DNA of 62,904 bases, the filler included, from Octopus bimaculoides (lineage: Eukaryota), in assembly GCF_001194135.2 (NCBI RefSeq). It is 7 parts of 7 records of this genome, joined end to end, with 100 filler letters (N's around TTAATTAATTAA, not from the genome) between each part and the next. Parts side by side here need not be neighbours in the genome. Positions count along the whole stretch, not along the records: positions 1 to 7,000 come from NC_068990.1; positions 7,101 to 19,587 come from NC_068987.1; 5 more parts are not named here. One strand, 5' to 3'. This document shows positions 1-11,962 of this stretch, one piece after another. The notes under the pieces were generated by a model that saw only the letters and a program-made list of their open reading frames with translations, was not told the DNA's origin and ran no database searches. A program made the position numbers and the translations under genes. Numbering within the stretch: the first letter of the stretch is position 1; every line of letters begins with the position of its first letter.

Positions 1-47
<47 letters not shown>

Positions 48-55
48 TACATATA

Positions 56-88
<33 letters not shown>

Positions 89-451
89 CTATGTATGTAC
101 GTATGTATGTATTCGTATATACACACACACACACATACACAAACACACACACATACAAGCACACACACAGACAGACAGAAAGAAAAAACGAGTGAGGAGG
201 GACGACAGACAGATTGATAGGCTGTTGTTTCGAGAAATAGATGAACAACAACATAATGAAAACAAACATATCAAAAGACTTAAGAAAGTCAAACCAATAA
301 GAAATGTCATAAGAGTTATCAGTAATTTATAAATTGTTAATAATGATCTTATCTAACTTAATAGATATTCCAGACGAGATATTCCAACAACATAAACGCA
401 TAAGTACATTGCTGTATGTACTTAAATATATCTATATCTATCTACCTATTT

Positions 452-547
<96 letters not shown>

Positions 548-620
548 AGAGACACGCATATAATATAATATAATTTCCATATACATATATATATATATAT
601 ACATATATATTATTTTAAAC
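1..620. repeat. Compound microsatellite block (AT, ATGT, AC, CT, AG)
   Basis: Simple repeats are directly visible; the overlapping ORFs are dipeptide-repeat artefacts. Confidence 0.95.
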
Positions 621-735
621 AGTTTTAAATATTACGTGTAACTCCAATTAAATCTTTTGCATGCTTTCTTCTTTCATGCGTCCACTCTCACTTGTATGTC
701 AGTGGCGTCTAATAGTTGTTGTNNNNNNNNNNATA

Positions 736-771
<36 letters not shown>

Positions 772-1119
772 CACACACTAAAAGGTAATTGCAAACACAA
801 TATGGCTGTCCTAGAAGGGACGTTGTTAATGTTCATTAGCCCCAAGAAATATCGTTTCTAGCTGGCTATGCGACATATTATTTGTATCCTTATATTTCCG
901 AACAGGGCGTTCGGCAATTCCACCCAGCACAAAGCATTTGTGTACTAGTTCCAGGGTTATCGCTCTTCTTCAACACACAGTACCTGCCAAGTAATTATAA
1001 TTATAATTAGGATTCAGCAAAATTGCTTCACCACATACCGAAATACTATACTGAAGACGGAAATAAGTGGGTAAAAATGAAATTTTACATCTCTTTAATC
1101 CAGAAACGCGTATATAGTT

Positions 1120-1225
1120 GAGCAAAGCCGGGTGGCTAACGAGATTTGAACTTGGGACTTGAAACAACCAGTATAAATATCGTAAGACACTTTGTCCGAG
1201 GCTCCATCGATTCTGACAGAGCATA
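1120..1225 (-). mobile_element. Degenerate family-A SINE head
   Basis: atttgaactt...cgattctgacag resembles the reverse complement of the family-A head seen at 14514. Confidence 0.4.
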
Positions 1226-1296
1226 AGAAAACAGACAGTAGTAGTAGTAGCAGTTGTTGTAGCAGCAGCGGCAGCAGCAGTAGTAGTAGTAGTATC

Positions 1297-1501
1297 CGAG
1301 GGAGCTGCTGAAAATTTCTTGGCTTTAATGCTTGGTTGGAGGCCCAGTCTTCCGAGTTCTTTTACAGGTTTAGAAAAACTGAAAGACCGTTGCAATAAGT
1401 ATGTGAAACTGAGAAGGAAATACACTGAATGAAATCATAATTAACTGATCCTCCTATATTTTCTTTTACCCAAAACCAGGAACTTTTCTCAGTACCCTTC
1501 G
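1297..1501. mobile_element. Mariner-derived MITE (~205 bp)
   Basis: Left end cgagggagctgctgaaaatttcttggc and right end ccaggaacttttctcagtacccttcg are imperfect mariner-type TIRs; the interior matches 19833-20049 and 16376-16503. Confidence 0.75.
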
Positions 1502-1553
1502 TGTATATATATATATGTATATATATATGTATATATATGTATGTATATATATA

Positions 1554-1625
<72 letters not shown>

Positions 1626-2604
1626 GGGGGTTTTGTAGCAACCTACATTTTCTTTTAATAAATATTTAATATTTTTACAAAATGATGTGCGTATGTATAT
1701 GTTTGTCATGTACATGCATACTTACAAGCAAGCAAAACACGTGCATAGACACATATTCAACTACATACACCTACACATACATATACACATGCATAGCTTC
1801 TTATATATACATATATACGTACGTACATACATGCATACATACATACATACATACATACATACGTACGTACGTACGTACGTACATAGCTGCAGACTGACAG
1901 ATATACAAGCAGACGGGTATATAATCACTGTAGTAATTCTGATGAGAAAAGTAGAAATAATGTGCTATTTTAGAGAATAAAATGAAGAAAAAAATCAAAT
2001 TGACGTTTTAATTAAAATTTATTACAAATATCGTTTCGTGTTTTCTTGTTTGTGTCACTTGTCTAAACTCGGGAAAAATGAAAACATGATGCATCAAATT
2101 CTCTCCTTTCTTTATGGAGTGAAACAACAAAAAATTATGACGTTAAATGCGCATGCGCACACACACAGTATACTCTGTGTAACATACACAATCATACAAT
2201 CTCACATGCAAACATACATGTATATATATGTGTATGGATATGTGTGTATGTATGTATGTATATATATATATATATATATATNNNNNNNNNNNNNNNNNNN
2301 NNNNNNNNNNNNNNNNNNNNNNNNNNNNNNNNNNNNNNNNNNNNNNNNNNNNNNNNNNNNNNNNNNNNNNNNNNNNNNNNNNNNNNNNNNNNNNNNNNNN
2401 NNNNNNNNNNNNNNNNNNNNNNNNNNNNNNNNNNNNNNNNNNNNNNNNNNNNNNNNNNNNNNNNNNNNNNNNNNNNNNNNNNNNNNNNNNNNNNNNNNNN
2501 NNNNNNNNNNNNNNNNNNNNNNNNNNNNNNNNNNNNNNNNNNNNNNNNCCATTATTCCCAAAAATTATCATTATTATAATTATTATTACTATTTCAAAAT
2601 TTTG

Positions 2605-2801
2605 GCACAAGAGCAGCTTGTGGGCGGTGCAGTTGAGTCGATTACATCGACCCCAGTTTTCAACTTGTACTTACTTTATCAACCCCACAAGGATGAATGG
2701 CAAAGTCGACCTCAATGGAATATGAACTCAGAACGTAGCGGCAGAAGAAATATCGTTAAGCAATTCGTCCAGCGTGCTAACGATTCTGCCAGCTCACCAC
2801 C

Positions 2802-2803
<2 letters not shown>
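2605..2803 (-). mobile_element. Family-A tRNA-derived SINE
   Basis: Reverse complement of ggtggtgagctggcagaatcgttagc...gttctgagttcatattcc...gaggtcgactttgcc; homologous to 14514-14745. Confidence 0.85.

Positions 2804-2884
<81 letters not shown>
2804..2884. repeat. (TAA)n microsatellite, probably the 3' tail of the adjacent minus-strand LINE
   Basis: Pure TAA run lying just 3' (on the minus strand) of an AATAAA at 2892-2897. Confidence 0.9.
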
Positions 2885-3478
2885 TTATTCTTTTATTAGC
2901 CACAAGAGCTAACATAAAATAACATTAAAAGACGTGCAACAACATAAAAGACAAAAACAGGACGACACAATGGGTTTTACTGCGTGTAAACAATATGAAT
3001 AACAATAAAAAATTAAACAAATTAAAACTCCCAATAGTGGCTTTCAGGTCCTCGTAAAAAAACCCACAAAAGCCACGGGTGCCTGATCAACAGGGCACGA
3101 GCCCTTCTCCATTATTTCCCTTTTTACAGGTGGATGTTCAGAATTGGTCCTTTCACACTGGCCATTCTTGCAATATTCACCTACCGTTCAACAAACTTGT
3201 ATAAACACTTCCCACTCTACCCTCAACTTCATTTTCAAGTGAAACTTGAACAAGCTGATGAGGGCTTGCCAAAGAGGAAAGTGTCTGTTTTTAGTCCTTT
3301 CAAATGGGTCCACCATACTACTACATCTTTCGCTACAGCCACTAGACAAATAAAAATTGCCTGCCCCTGCCGGCCAAAAGAGGGTGGTGGGGGCAATCTT
3401 CACAATGGATTCAGCTGATAGCCGGATTTGTCCTACACGCGACAGCAGGTCAGCAATACTCACGCACTGGACTAAGGC
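2885..3478 (-). mobile_element. Tx1/L1-clade LINE, 3' fragment (ORF2 C-terminus, 3' UTR, polyA signal)
   Basis: The minus frame QCVSIADLLSRVGQIRLSAESIV...LFKFHLKMKLRVEWEVF resembles L1/Tx1 ORF2 C-termini; AATAAA followed by a (TTA)n tail. Confidence 0.6.
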
Positions 3479-3484
3479 GTGCAC

Positions 3485-5286
3485 AAAGACAAGGAACACA
3501 AGAAGGATGCTGAATGGTTGCAAGAACTGAAACAAACAGTAGTCTGTCCAAAACAGGCAGAACTAGTCATTTCAGTTAGGGAAGTGAAGGAAATCAGTAA
3601 TAAAATGAGCAACTGGAAGGCCCCGGGACCAGATGGATTTCAAGGCTACTCGATCAAAAGATTTGGTGAATGTCATGCACGAATAGCTGCGCAACTCAAC
3701 ACCTTGTTAAATGCCGACCAAGTGGTTGACATTGGGTAGGACAGTGATGTGTCTGAAAAACATCGAAAAAGGCAATGTGGTAGACAATTACAGGTCTATA
3801 TCTTGTTTGCCACTTATGACTGGAATACTCGCAGAGTCAATGTACGAACATCGGGAAAAAAATGGAGTGCTGCAACATGAGCAGAAGGGTTGCAAGCGTA
3901 AGTGCAGAGGTACGAAGGATCAACTCCTGATAGACAAACCTGTACTTAGAGACTGCAAGAGGAGGAAAAGTAACTAAGCTATGTCATGGATTGACTATCG
4001 TAAGGCGTACGATATGATTCCACATTCCTGGATTACGGAGTGTATGAACCTATATGGTATTATATCGAATGTTGAGCAATTGCTTGGAAAAAGTATGGCG
4101 AATTGGAAGACTGGTCTGACAGCATACGGAAGAAGTTTAGAGACAGTAGAAATTAGGAGGGGCATCTTCCAAAGGGACTGCCTGTCCCCACTGATCTTTG
4201 TACTGTGCTTGATGCCATTAACACTGATTCTGAGGAAAACAGAATTATGTATTCAAAAGCCGCCAACAAAACGTCAACCATTTGTTATTCATGGATGAGC
4301 TCAAACTTTATGGTAAAGATGAAGCCCAAGTCAGTTCTCTCGTTGATACGGTGTATACCTTCAGTGCTGATATCAGAATCGAGTTCGAACTGAGAAAGTG
4401 TGGTNNNNNNNNNNAGTGCTGATATCAGAATCGAGTTCGAACTGAGAAAGTGTGGTGTGTTAGTCTTGAAGAGAGGCAAAATCAAATGTATGGACGGGCT
4501 AACGATACCGTCGGGTGAGGTTATGAAGCAGATAGAATAGACAGGCTATAAATACTTGGGGATTTTGGAAATAGATAAATCGATGGAGAAACAAATGAGA
4601 GAAAAATGTAAGATGGAGTACTTGCGCAGGCTGAGACTGATTTTTAAGTCGAAATTAAACGGACGGAATACGATCGAAGCTATCAACACCTGGGCGGTTT
4701 CACTCCTTAGATATGGAGCAAGGGTAATCGCATGGACAGTAGACGAACTAAACAGCTTAGACAGAAATACAAGGAAGTTGCTAACTAGATATGAGTCACT
4801 CCACCCAAAAGGTGACACAGACAGACTGTATGTATCAAGAAAAAGAGCAGGAAGAGGACTTATTGGATGCAAACACAGCATTAGAGCAGGAGAAAACAAC
4901 ATAGCATGGTATGTAAAAATTGCCACAGAACCGCTATTGTTAGAAGTAAGGTTAGGCTTGTGTAGTATGAAAGATAAAGCACTATACAAGAAATTAATAA
5001 CGAATGAAACTGAAAATAGGTGGGTAAAGTAAAGAATGCATGGTCAATTTCATGGGAATGTTAGAGATAAGACAAACAGAGAAAAAAGATGGCTGTGGAT
5101 GATTAAAAGTGATTTAAACCCGGAAACGGAGGCTCTAATCTGTGCTGCCCAAGAGCAATCACTAAGAACAAACTAGATAAAATACAGAACAGACAACACA
5201 TTAGAAAATGATAAGTGCTGAATTTGTGGGCAAAACGGTGAGACCGTATCACATATTACCAGCCAATGTACGTCACTAGCCCACTA
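3485..5286 (+). mobile_element. R4/Dong-clade non-LTR retrotransposon, decayed RT region truncated at both ends
   Basis: Frameshifted RT motifs [92 protein letters not shown], plus a C-terminal C*ICG...H...C knuckle; multiple stops. Confidence 0.9.
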
Positions 5287-5381
5287 ACTCGGTGGAGTTT
5301 GAACTCAGCACGTATTGACGGGCGAAGTACTGCTAAGCATTTCGTACAGAGCGCTAAAGATTCTGCCAGCTCGCTGCCTTG
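5287..5381 (-). mobile_element. Family-A SINE head fragment
   Basis: tttgaactcag...gattctgccagctcgctgcctt is the reverse complement of the family-A head. Confidence 0.8.
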
Positions 5382-5390
5382 ATAATAATA

Positions 5391-5540
5391 AGAAGAAGAA
5401 GGAGAAGAAGGAGAAGAAGAAGAAGAAGAAGAAGAAGAAGAAGAAGAAGAAGAAGAAGAAGAAGAAGAAGAAGAAGAAGAAGAAGAAGAAGAAGAAGAAG
5501 AAGAAGAAGAAGAAGAAGAAGAAGAAGAAGAAGAAGAAGA
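5391..5540. repeat. (GAA)n microsatellite
   Basis: About 50 GAA units; source of the poly-K/R/S/L ORFs. Confidence 0.97.
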
Positions 5541-5769
5541 CTCCAAAAGATTGTACTGAAAAATACTGCCCACATCCTTTGAAAAACCCTGTCTGTATTG
5601 TATTTCATGAAGATATATTGCTACTTCCCCTCCCCAAGCTTTCAGTCATACTGTCATACTGTACTCTTACCCTTCACTCGCCCCAGGACACTGGGTGTGT
5701 CTCGGAAAGTGACTGTAACAAACAAGCAGATTAAAAGTAAATAATAATAATAATTATTATTATTATAAT

Positions 5770-5944
5770 AAGCCTTTCTACTAAAGGCACAAGGCCTAGA
5801 TTTTGTGGGGAGAGGACTAGTCGATTACATCGACTCCAGTGTTACACTGGTATTTATTTTATCGAATCCGAAAGGATGGAAAGCAAAGTCACCTTCGGCA
5901 GAATTTCCCCCGGCGTGTTACCGATTCTGCCGGCTCAATGCCTT
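5770..5944 (-). mobile_element. Family-A SINE, internally deleted
   Basis: gtcgattacatcgactccag...ttatcgaatccgaaaggatggaaagcaaagtc...gattctgccggctc. Confidence 0.75.
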
Positions 5945-5994
5945 TATACTACTACTACTACTAATAATAATAATAATAATAATTATTATTATTA

Positions 5995-6028
<34 letters not shown>

Positions 6029-6423
6029 ACATTATTATTGATGTTTCTGTCACACTCCTAACATAGTGTTCATGAACCGACATTTTGTTTACATTGCAAA
6101 ACCAATCTTGACAAAACCATGGAATTTTACTCCGATTTTCTCATCCCTTTCATCTAATGACCGATGATGGAATTTGAAAAAGTTTAAAAGTTATATTTTG
6201 ATAATGGAAAGATCAAAAGATGTTAGAAACATTAAATAATTTCTTAAAATGTTTTCATTAAATGACAACAAAGTTATATACAAATAAATATGTGTTGTAG
6301 ACCAACCCTTATTATGGCTCCACAGATCGGATTCACGCAGGAGAATCTTTCCACACACCGTAGTATCATAGGCTTAACTAAACATAATAAAACGTATTAT
6401 ATACAATATAGAATACATATATA

Positions 6424-6720
6424 GGCGCAGGCGCGGGCGTGGCTGTGTGGTAAGAAGTTTGGTTTCAAACCACATGATTCCGAGTTCAGTGTCACTGTGA
6501 GACACATCGGGCAAGAATGTTCTACTATAGCATCGGGCGGACCAAAGCCTTGTGAGTGAATTTGGTAGACGGAAACTGAAAGAAGCCCGTCGTATATATA
6601 TACATATATATGTATGCTTGTGTGTATATGTTTGTGTGTCTGTGTTTGTCCCCTCAACATCGCTTGACAACCGATGCTGGTGTGTTTACGTCCCCGTAAC
6701 TTAGCGGTTCGGCAAAAGAG
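6424..6720 (+). mobile_element. Family-B tRNA-derived SINE with internal TA/TG microsatellite
   Basis: A-box-like tggctgtgtgg and B-box-like gagttcagt; body cttgtgagtgaatttggtagacggaaactgaaagaagcccgtcg matches 41030 and 35378 (reverse complement). Confidence 0.85.
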
Positions 6721-6930
6721 AAACAATCGCAAGTTAGATTCTTCAAGCCTTGCAGTAGACCTAAGGAAAGATACAAAAAGAAAACGAGATAGTTGTATAA
6801 TATCCATTGTTTCAGTTAGTTCTGCTTGAGAATCCTGGCTGAAAGTTTACTGACGTTTCCTGTCTGCTAGGACTCTATGAAGGAGTTGCCCGAGGACGTT
6901 TCACATAGAACGCTGTCAGGAACAGTAGGC

Positions 6931-7000
6931 GGAGAAGAAGAAGAAGAAGAAGAAGAAGAAGAAGAAGAAGAAGAAGAAGAAGAAGAAGAAGAAGAAGAAG
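6931..7000. repeat. (GAA)n microsatellite at a contig end
   Basis: Directly visible. Confidence 0.95.
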
Positions 7001-7044
7001 NNNNNNNNNNNNNNNNNNNNNNNNNNNNNNNNNNNNNNNNNNNN

Positions 7045-7056
7045 TTAATTAATTAA
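7045..7056. other. Assembly linker TTAATTAATTAA within a 100-bp N gap (also at 19632, 25343, 36364, 45437, 56744)
   Basis: The identical 12-mer, with stops in all six frames, sits between two 44-N runs six times; scaffolding artefact. Confidence 0.95.
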
Positions 7057-7149
7057 NNNNNNNNNNNNNNNNNNNNNNNNNNNNNNNNNNNNNNNNNNNN
7101 GTGTGTGTGTGTGTGTGTGTGTGTGCGTGCATGTTTGTGTGTGTGTGTG

Positions 7150-7335
7150 TGTGTCTTTGTGTCTCTGTTTGTCCTCCCGCCATCACTTGACAACCGACGC
7201 TGGTGTGTTTATGTCCCCTTAACGTAGTGGTTCGCCTTAAGAGACCGATAGAAAAAGTACCATGCTTACAAAGAATAAGTCCTAGAATCGAATTCTTCGA
7301 CAGAAAGGCTGTGCTCCTAGCATGGCCGCTCTCAT
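7150..7335 (+). mobile_element. Family-B SINE 3' half
   Basis: cacttgacaaccgacgctgg...gagaccgatagaa...gtgctcctagcatggccgc. Confidence 0.8.
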
Positions 7336-7569
7336 ACCACTATAATAAATGCCCACTAGTTCTGTCAAATGCAGCTACCCAGGGTTTCCTGAACGAGGTA
7401 ATAAATAAAATCACCATTTTTTTCTAACTGAGACCAAGCTTGTTCCCAGCTTGAAAGATAGCTGTATATAATATGATTTTTGGTTTCCTATTATAACAGA
7501 ATCTTTCTTCCCTTAGCTGAGTTAGTGCTTTTCTACTTGTTGACATCTTAACACATATTAATAAAGAAA

Positions 7570-7618
<49 letters not shown>

Positions 7619-7645
7619 TATAATAATTATAATAATAATAAAAAA

Positions 7646-7778
7646 GGTACTGAAACCTATTTGAAAATGATACCAGGCTTACCATCCCTACAGGAAGTGC
7701 AAAAAATCGTGCTAACTGGAACGACTCATGTACTGAGAAGAGCATTATCGCTTTGAAAACAACATCCATTCATGAATC
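7646..7778 (+). mobile_element. R4/Dong-like LINE extreme 3' end within a (TAA)n tract
   Basis: Translates GTETYLKMIPGLPSLQEVQKIVLTGTTHVLRRALSL* (stop 7754-7756), matching the QK..L.GT...LRR.L terminus of RLE-type non-LTR ORFs; TAA runs at 7574-7640 and 7936-7981. Confidence 0.7.
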
Positions 7779-7935
7779 NNNNNNNNNNNNNNNNNNNNNN
7801 NNNNNNNNNNNNNNNNNNNNNNNNNNNNNNNNNNNNNNNNNNNNNNNNNNNNNNNNNNNNNNNNNNNNNNNNNNNNNNNNNNNNNNNNNNNNNNNNNNNN
7901 NNNNNNNNNNNNNNNNNNNNNNNNNNNNNNNNNNN

Positions 7936-7981
<46 letters not shown>

Positions 7982-7983
<2 letters not shown>

Positions 7984-8310
7984 GCCCTGATGCAGTACCA
8001 GGCAGTGGTTCTCATGCCTTGTGATCTTAATTGATTGGAAGTGTTATCATGTACATTGTTTTGTCTTGGTATAAAAGATGGGCTACAGCAAATATTCTGC
8101 TTAATACCACAGATTTGCTTGTCAGTTGTTTGACCTTAAGCAGTTGAGTTTGAGCATTTGGTGGCTGACGATATGTGCATCTCTGATCACGAGCAGAAGT
8201 AGTGGGGGAGCATCATAGCCATGTGTTGAGAGGAATTCTTTGGGGTTTGAATAATTCACCTTTGGAAACATGGGTGTTTTGTTCAACATCCGTATAATCC
8301 AGACCTTGCT
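7982..8310 (+). mobile_element. Unclassified interspersed repeat (family F), partial; orientation defined by the TAA-sense flank
   Basis: Reverse-complement homolog of about 37080-37384 (tgccctgatgcagtacc...gaggaattctttggggtttg). Confidence 0.8.
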
Positions 8311-8356
8311 CTCTGTGACTTTTGGCAGTTTCTCAAGTGATAAATAAACTACATAC

Positions 8357-8390
<34 letters not shown>

Positions 8391-8409
8391 TAAGGATTCA
8401 ACAAACAGT

Positions 8410-8418
8410 GCGTGTGTA

Positions 8419-8466
<48 letters not shown>

Positions 8467-8900
8467 GTGTCACTGTGACCAAATAGTGTGCATGTGTATT
8501 GTGTACGTATGTGGGCGAAAGTGAGCTCTGTCTATGTGTGTTGCATGTGTTTAGGCGTGTTGCGTGTTTGTATATATGTGTGTGTGTATATATTGTCTGT
8601 GTTCAGGTATTATGAGCTTGTGTGGATGTGGGAGTGTGCGTGATGCTGTGTGGTGTGTGTGGCTGCTCATATAGTAGCGTGTGTAGTGACGCTATTGGAA
8701 ATTGTGTGTGTGTGTGTGTGTGTGTGTGGATGATGGTGTGTGAATGATGTTGCGTGGGTGCTGAGAAGTGTGTGTGTGTGGAGTGGGAAGGTGTTGTGGG
8801 TGTGTGTAATGGTGTGTGAAGTGAGTGATGTGTCGGATAGTGTGTATGGGTGTGTGTATAGAGATACGTGTTGCTGAAGGTACTGAGGTGGGTGGCATGC
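8410..8900. repeat. Degenerate TG-rich low-complexity tract
   Basis: Interrupted (TG)n; His/Thr-rich minus-strand ORFs are a by-product. Confidence 0.85.
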
Positions 8901-9369
8901 AGGTATGTGGTGGAGGCTGTGGGATGTGAGTGGGAATCCAGGAGGGATTGGTGTCAAATAAAGAGAGGAGGTGAGTTGAGGCTATGTGGCGCAAAGGAAC
9001 GAAGAAAGAAGATTAATTTCGGTATGCATGTGTGCATAATCACACACTTAAACGCACATGTGTATATACATTTATTATCTTATCATATATGCATGTGCAT
9101 ATGTATATGTAATCAAAAAGATGCGTATGTAACTACGGATGAAGCAGTCGATCTTACCAAAAAAAGGCAGTGCTACAGCAGGGCCAAAGTGGAATATTTG
9201 CGACAATTTTCTATGCGAATACACCCCATATATACGTATATAGATACGTATATACATGCGTGTATATTTCGCTATTGCTAAGCGATTGTGCAAAGTCAAG
9301 TCTGCTTACTTAAGTACTTGCACTATGTAAACACTTGTAAACAAATACATACATACATACATACATACA

Positions 9370-9400
<31 letters not shown>

Positions 9401-9487
9401 GTATGAGCGTGTGTGCGTGCGTATGTACACCATCATGCATAGGTACATATATGCGTCTGCGTATATATTATACGTGTATATAAATCG

Positions 9488-9530
<43 letters not shown>

Positions 9531-9954
9531 NNNNNNNNNNNNNNNNNNNNNNNNNNNNNNNNNNNNNNNNNNNNNNNNNNNNNNNNNNNNNNNNNNNNNN
9601 NNNNNNNNNNNNNNNNNNNNNNNNNNNNNNNNNNNNNNNNNNNNNNNNNNNNNNNNNNNNNNNNNNNNNNNNNNNNNNNNNNNNNNNNNNNNNNNNNNNN
9701 NNNNNNNNNNNNNNNNNNNNNNNNNNNNNNNNNNNNNNNNNNNNNNNNNNNNNNNNNNNNNNNNNNNNNNNNNNNNNNNNNNNNNNNNNNNNNNNNNNNN
9801 NNNNNNNNNNNNNNNNNNNNNNNNNNNNNNNNNNNNNNNNNNNNNNNNNNNNNNNNNNNNNNNNNNNNNNNNNNNNNNNNNNNNNNNNNNNNNNNNNNNN
9901 NNNNNNNNNNNNNNNNNNNNNNNNNNNNNNNNNNNNNNNNNNNNNNNNNNNNNA

Positions 9955-10098
9955 TATATATACGATGGCTTCTTTCAGTTTCCGTCTACCAAATCCACTC
10001 ACAAGGATTTGGTCGGTCCGAGGCTATAGAAAAAAACACTTGCCCAAGGTGCCACGCAGTGGGACTGAACCCGGAACCATGTGGTTACTAAGCAAGCT
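9955..10098 (-). mobile_element. Family-B SINE 5' half
   Basis: ttctttcagtttccgtctaccaaatccactcacaagg...gggactgaacccggaaccatgtgg. Confidence 0.85.
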
Positions 10099-10104
10099 AT
10101 ATTC

Positions 10105-10326
10105 TTCTACTCATTTACCTATTTCTGTCATTTGACTGCGGCCATGTTGAAGCACAGCCTCTAGTCGAACGAATCAACGCCTAGGACTTACTCTTCGTAA
10201 GCCTAGTACTTATTCTATCGGTCTCTATCGCCAAACCGCAAAGTTGCGGGGATGTAAACACACCAACATCGGTTGTCAAGCGATGGTAGGGGTACAAACA
10301 CTGACACGCAAACATATACGCATATG

Positions 10327-10370
<44 letters not shown>

Positions 10371-10513
10371 TATACGACGGGCTTCCTTCAGTTTCTGTGT
10401 ACCAAATCCCGAGGCTATAGTAGAAGACAGCTGTCCAAGGTTCCACCCAGTAGGAGTAAACCCGGAACCATGTGGTTGGGAAGCAAGCTTCTTACCACAC
10501 TCAAGCTTACACC
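10105..10513 (-). mobile_element. Family-B SINE, near full length
   Basis: Tail, internal TA repeat and head are all present in reverse orientation, with a small deletion. Confidence 0.85.
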
Positions 10514-10544
<31 letters not shown>

Positions 10545-11094
10545 TCACCTATATATGTACATATACATACATACATACATACATACATACATACATACAT
10601 ACGTATATATTCCTATCATGCACACACAGACAAATGTATTATGTATATATGTTTATAAGTCTATGTAATCACAAAGATGTGTATGTAACTACGACTGAAG
10701 TAATCGATTTTACCAAAAATGGCAGTGCTACAGCATGGCCAGAGAGTCAATATTTTCCACGCGAATACACTCCATCTCTACGTATAAAAGATACGTATAT
10801 ACATAGGTATATATTTATGTTAAGCGTTCGTGCGAAATCGAGTGTGCTTACTTAAGTAGTTGCACTATGTAAACACTTGTAAACAAAAATATACATTCGT
10901 ATGTCTGTGTGTGTGTATGTATATCTATATGCATAGATACTTATATATGCATATGTGAGTATGTTATATATGTGCATATACATACATCCACACACACACA
11001 TATACATACATACATACGTACATGCATATATGTGAGTGTATAAATTTGCATACATCTATATGCGTATGTGAATATTTATGTTTTGACATACATA

Positions 11095-11160
<66 letters not shown>

Positions 11161-11235
11161 TGCATACATACATATTAGATTACACACACAATATATGTGT
11201 GCGTGAGTATACTTGTGTGTGAATGAGTGAGTGTG

Positions 11236-11313
<78 letters not shown>

Positions 11314-11786
11314 TGTTTGTGTGTGTTTGTAAATGTTTACACTACGGATGTAGTGACATAAACTCGCTGGACTTCAAATAATCTTATGGCACCACTTACG
11401 AAATGTATACGTACGTATATACACATGTTAGGCGTGTACAGACGTACACATGGTGCATTCATATTTTGTATACGTTTAGTGGTTCTATCCGTTGGACTGT
11501 GGTCATGCTGGGGCACTTTCTCTTCTAATTTAATGAATTCTATCATACGCTGCACTCAACAGGAGTGTTGCAGTTTTCAACACTGGTGTTGCTTTCAACT
11601 CAAGATTGGCCCCAGCTGTCCATTCGTTCCCTCGAGAATAAAATATTACGTCACTGCAATCTTCAACCCTTCTAAGCTTCCTGCAATCGTGTGCACAAAC
11701 ACTCGCGCGCGCAGGAGCAGTGTTTTGATTATATGTATTCTGACATGTACAGACGAATATATGTACATGTCGACAACGATATATAC

Positions 11787-11962
11787 ACTCTTTACTCTTT
11801 TACTTGTTTCAGTCATTTGTTTGTGGCCATGCTGGAGCACCACCTTTAGTCGAGTAAATCGACTCCATGACTTATTCTTTGTAAGCCTAGTACTTATTCT
11901 ATCGGTCTCTTTTACCGAACCGCTACTTTACGGGGGCGTAAACACACCAGCATAGGTTGTCA
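11787..11962 (-). mobile_element. Family-B SINE 3' half
   Basis: ctcttttacttgtttcagtcattt...ggccatgctggagcacc...ggttgtcaag. Confidence 0.85.

Noticed and set aside
4365-4456. 42-bp direct duplication inside the LINE RT region
   Set aside because: The two copies flank a 10-N gap, so this is an unmerged contig overlap (assembly artefact).
7045-7056. Repeated TTAATTAATTAA islands in N gaps that look like a conserved motif
   Set aside because: Identical six-frame-stop linker in fixed 100-bp gaps; a scaffolding artefact.
7982-8050. Resemblance of the family-F 5' end to U2 snRNA (loop AUGCAGUAC versus AUUGCAGUAC)
   Set aside because: Only short, scattered matches; no Sm site and no collinear U2 sequence.
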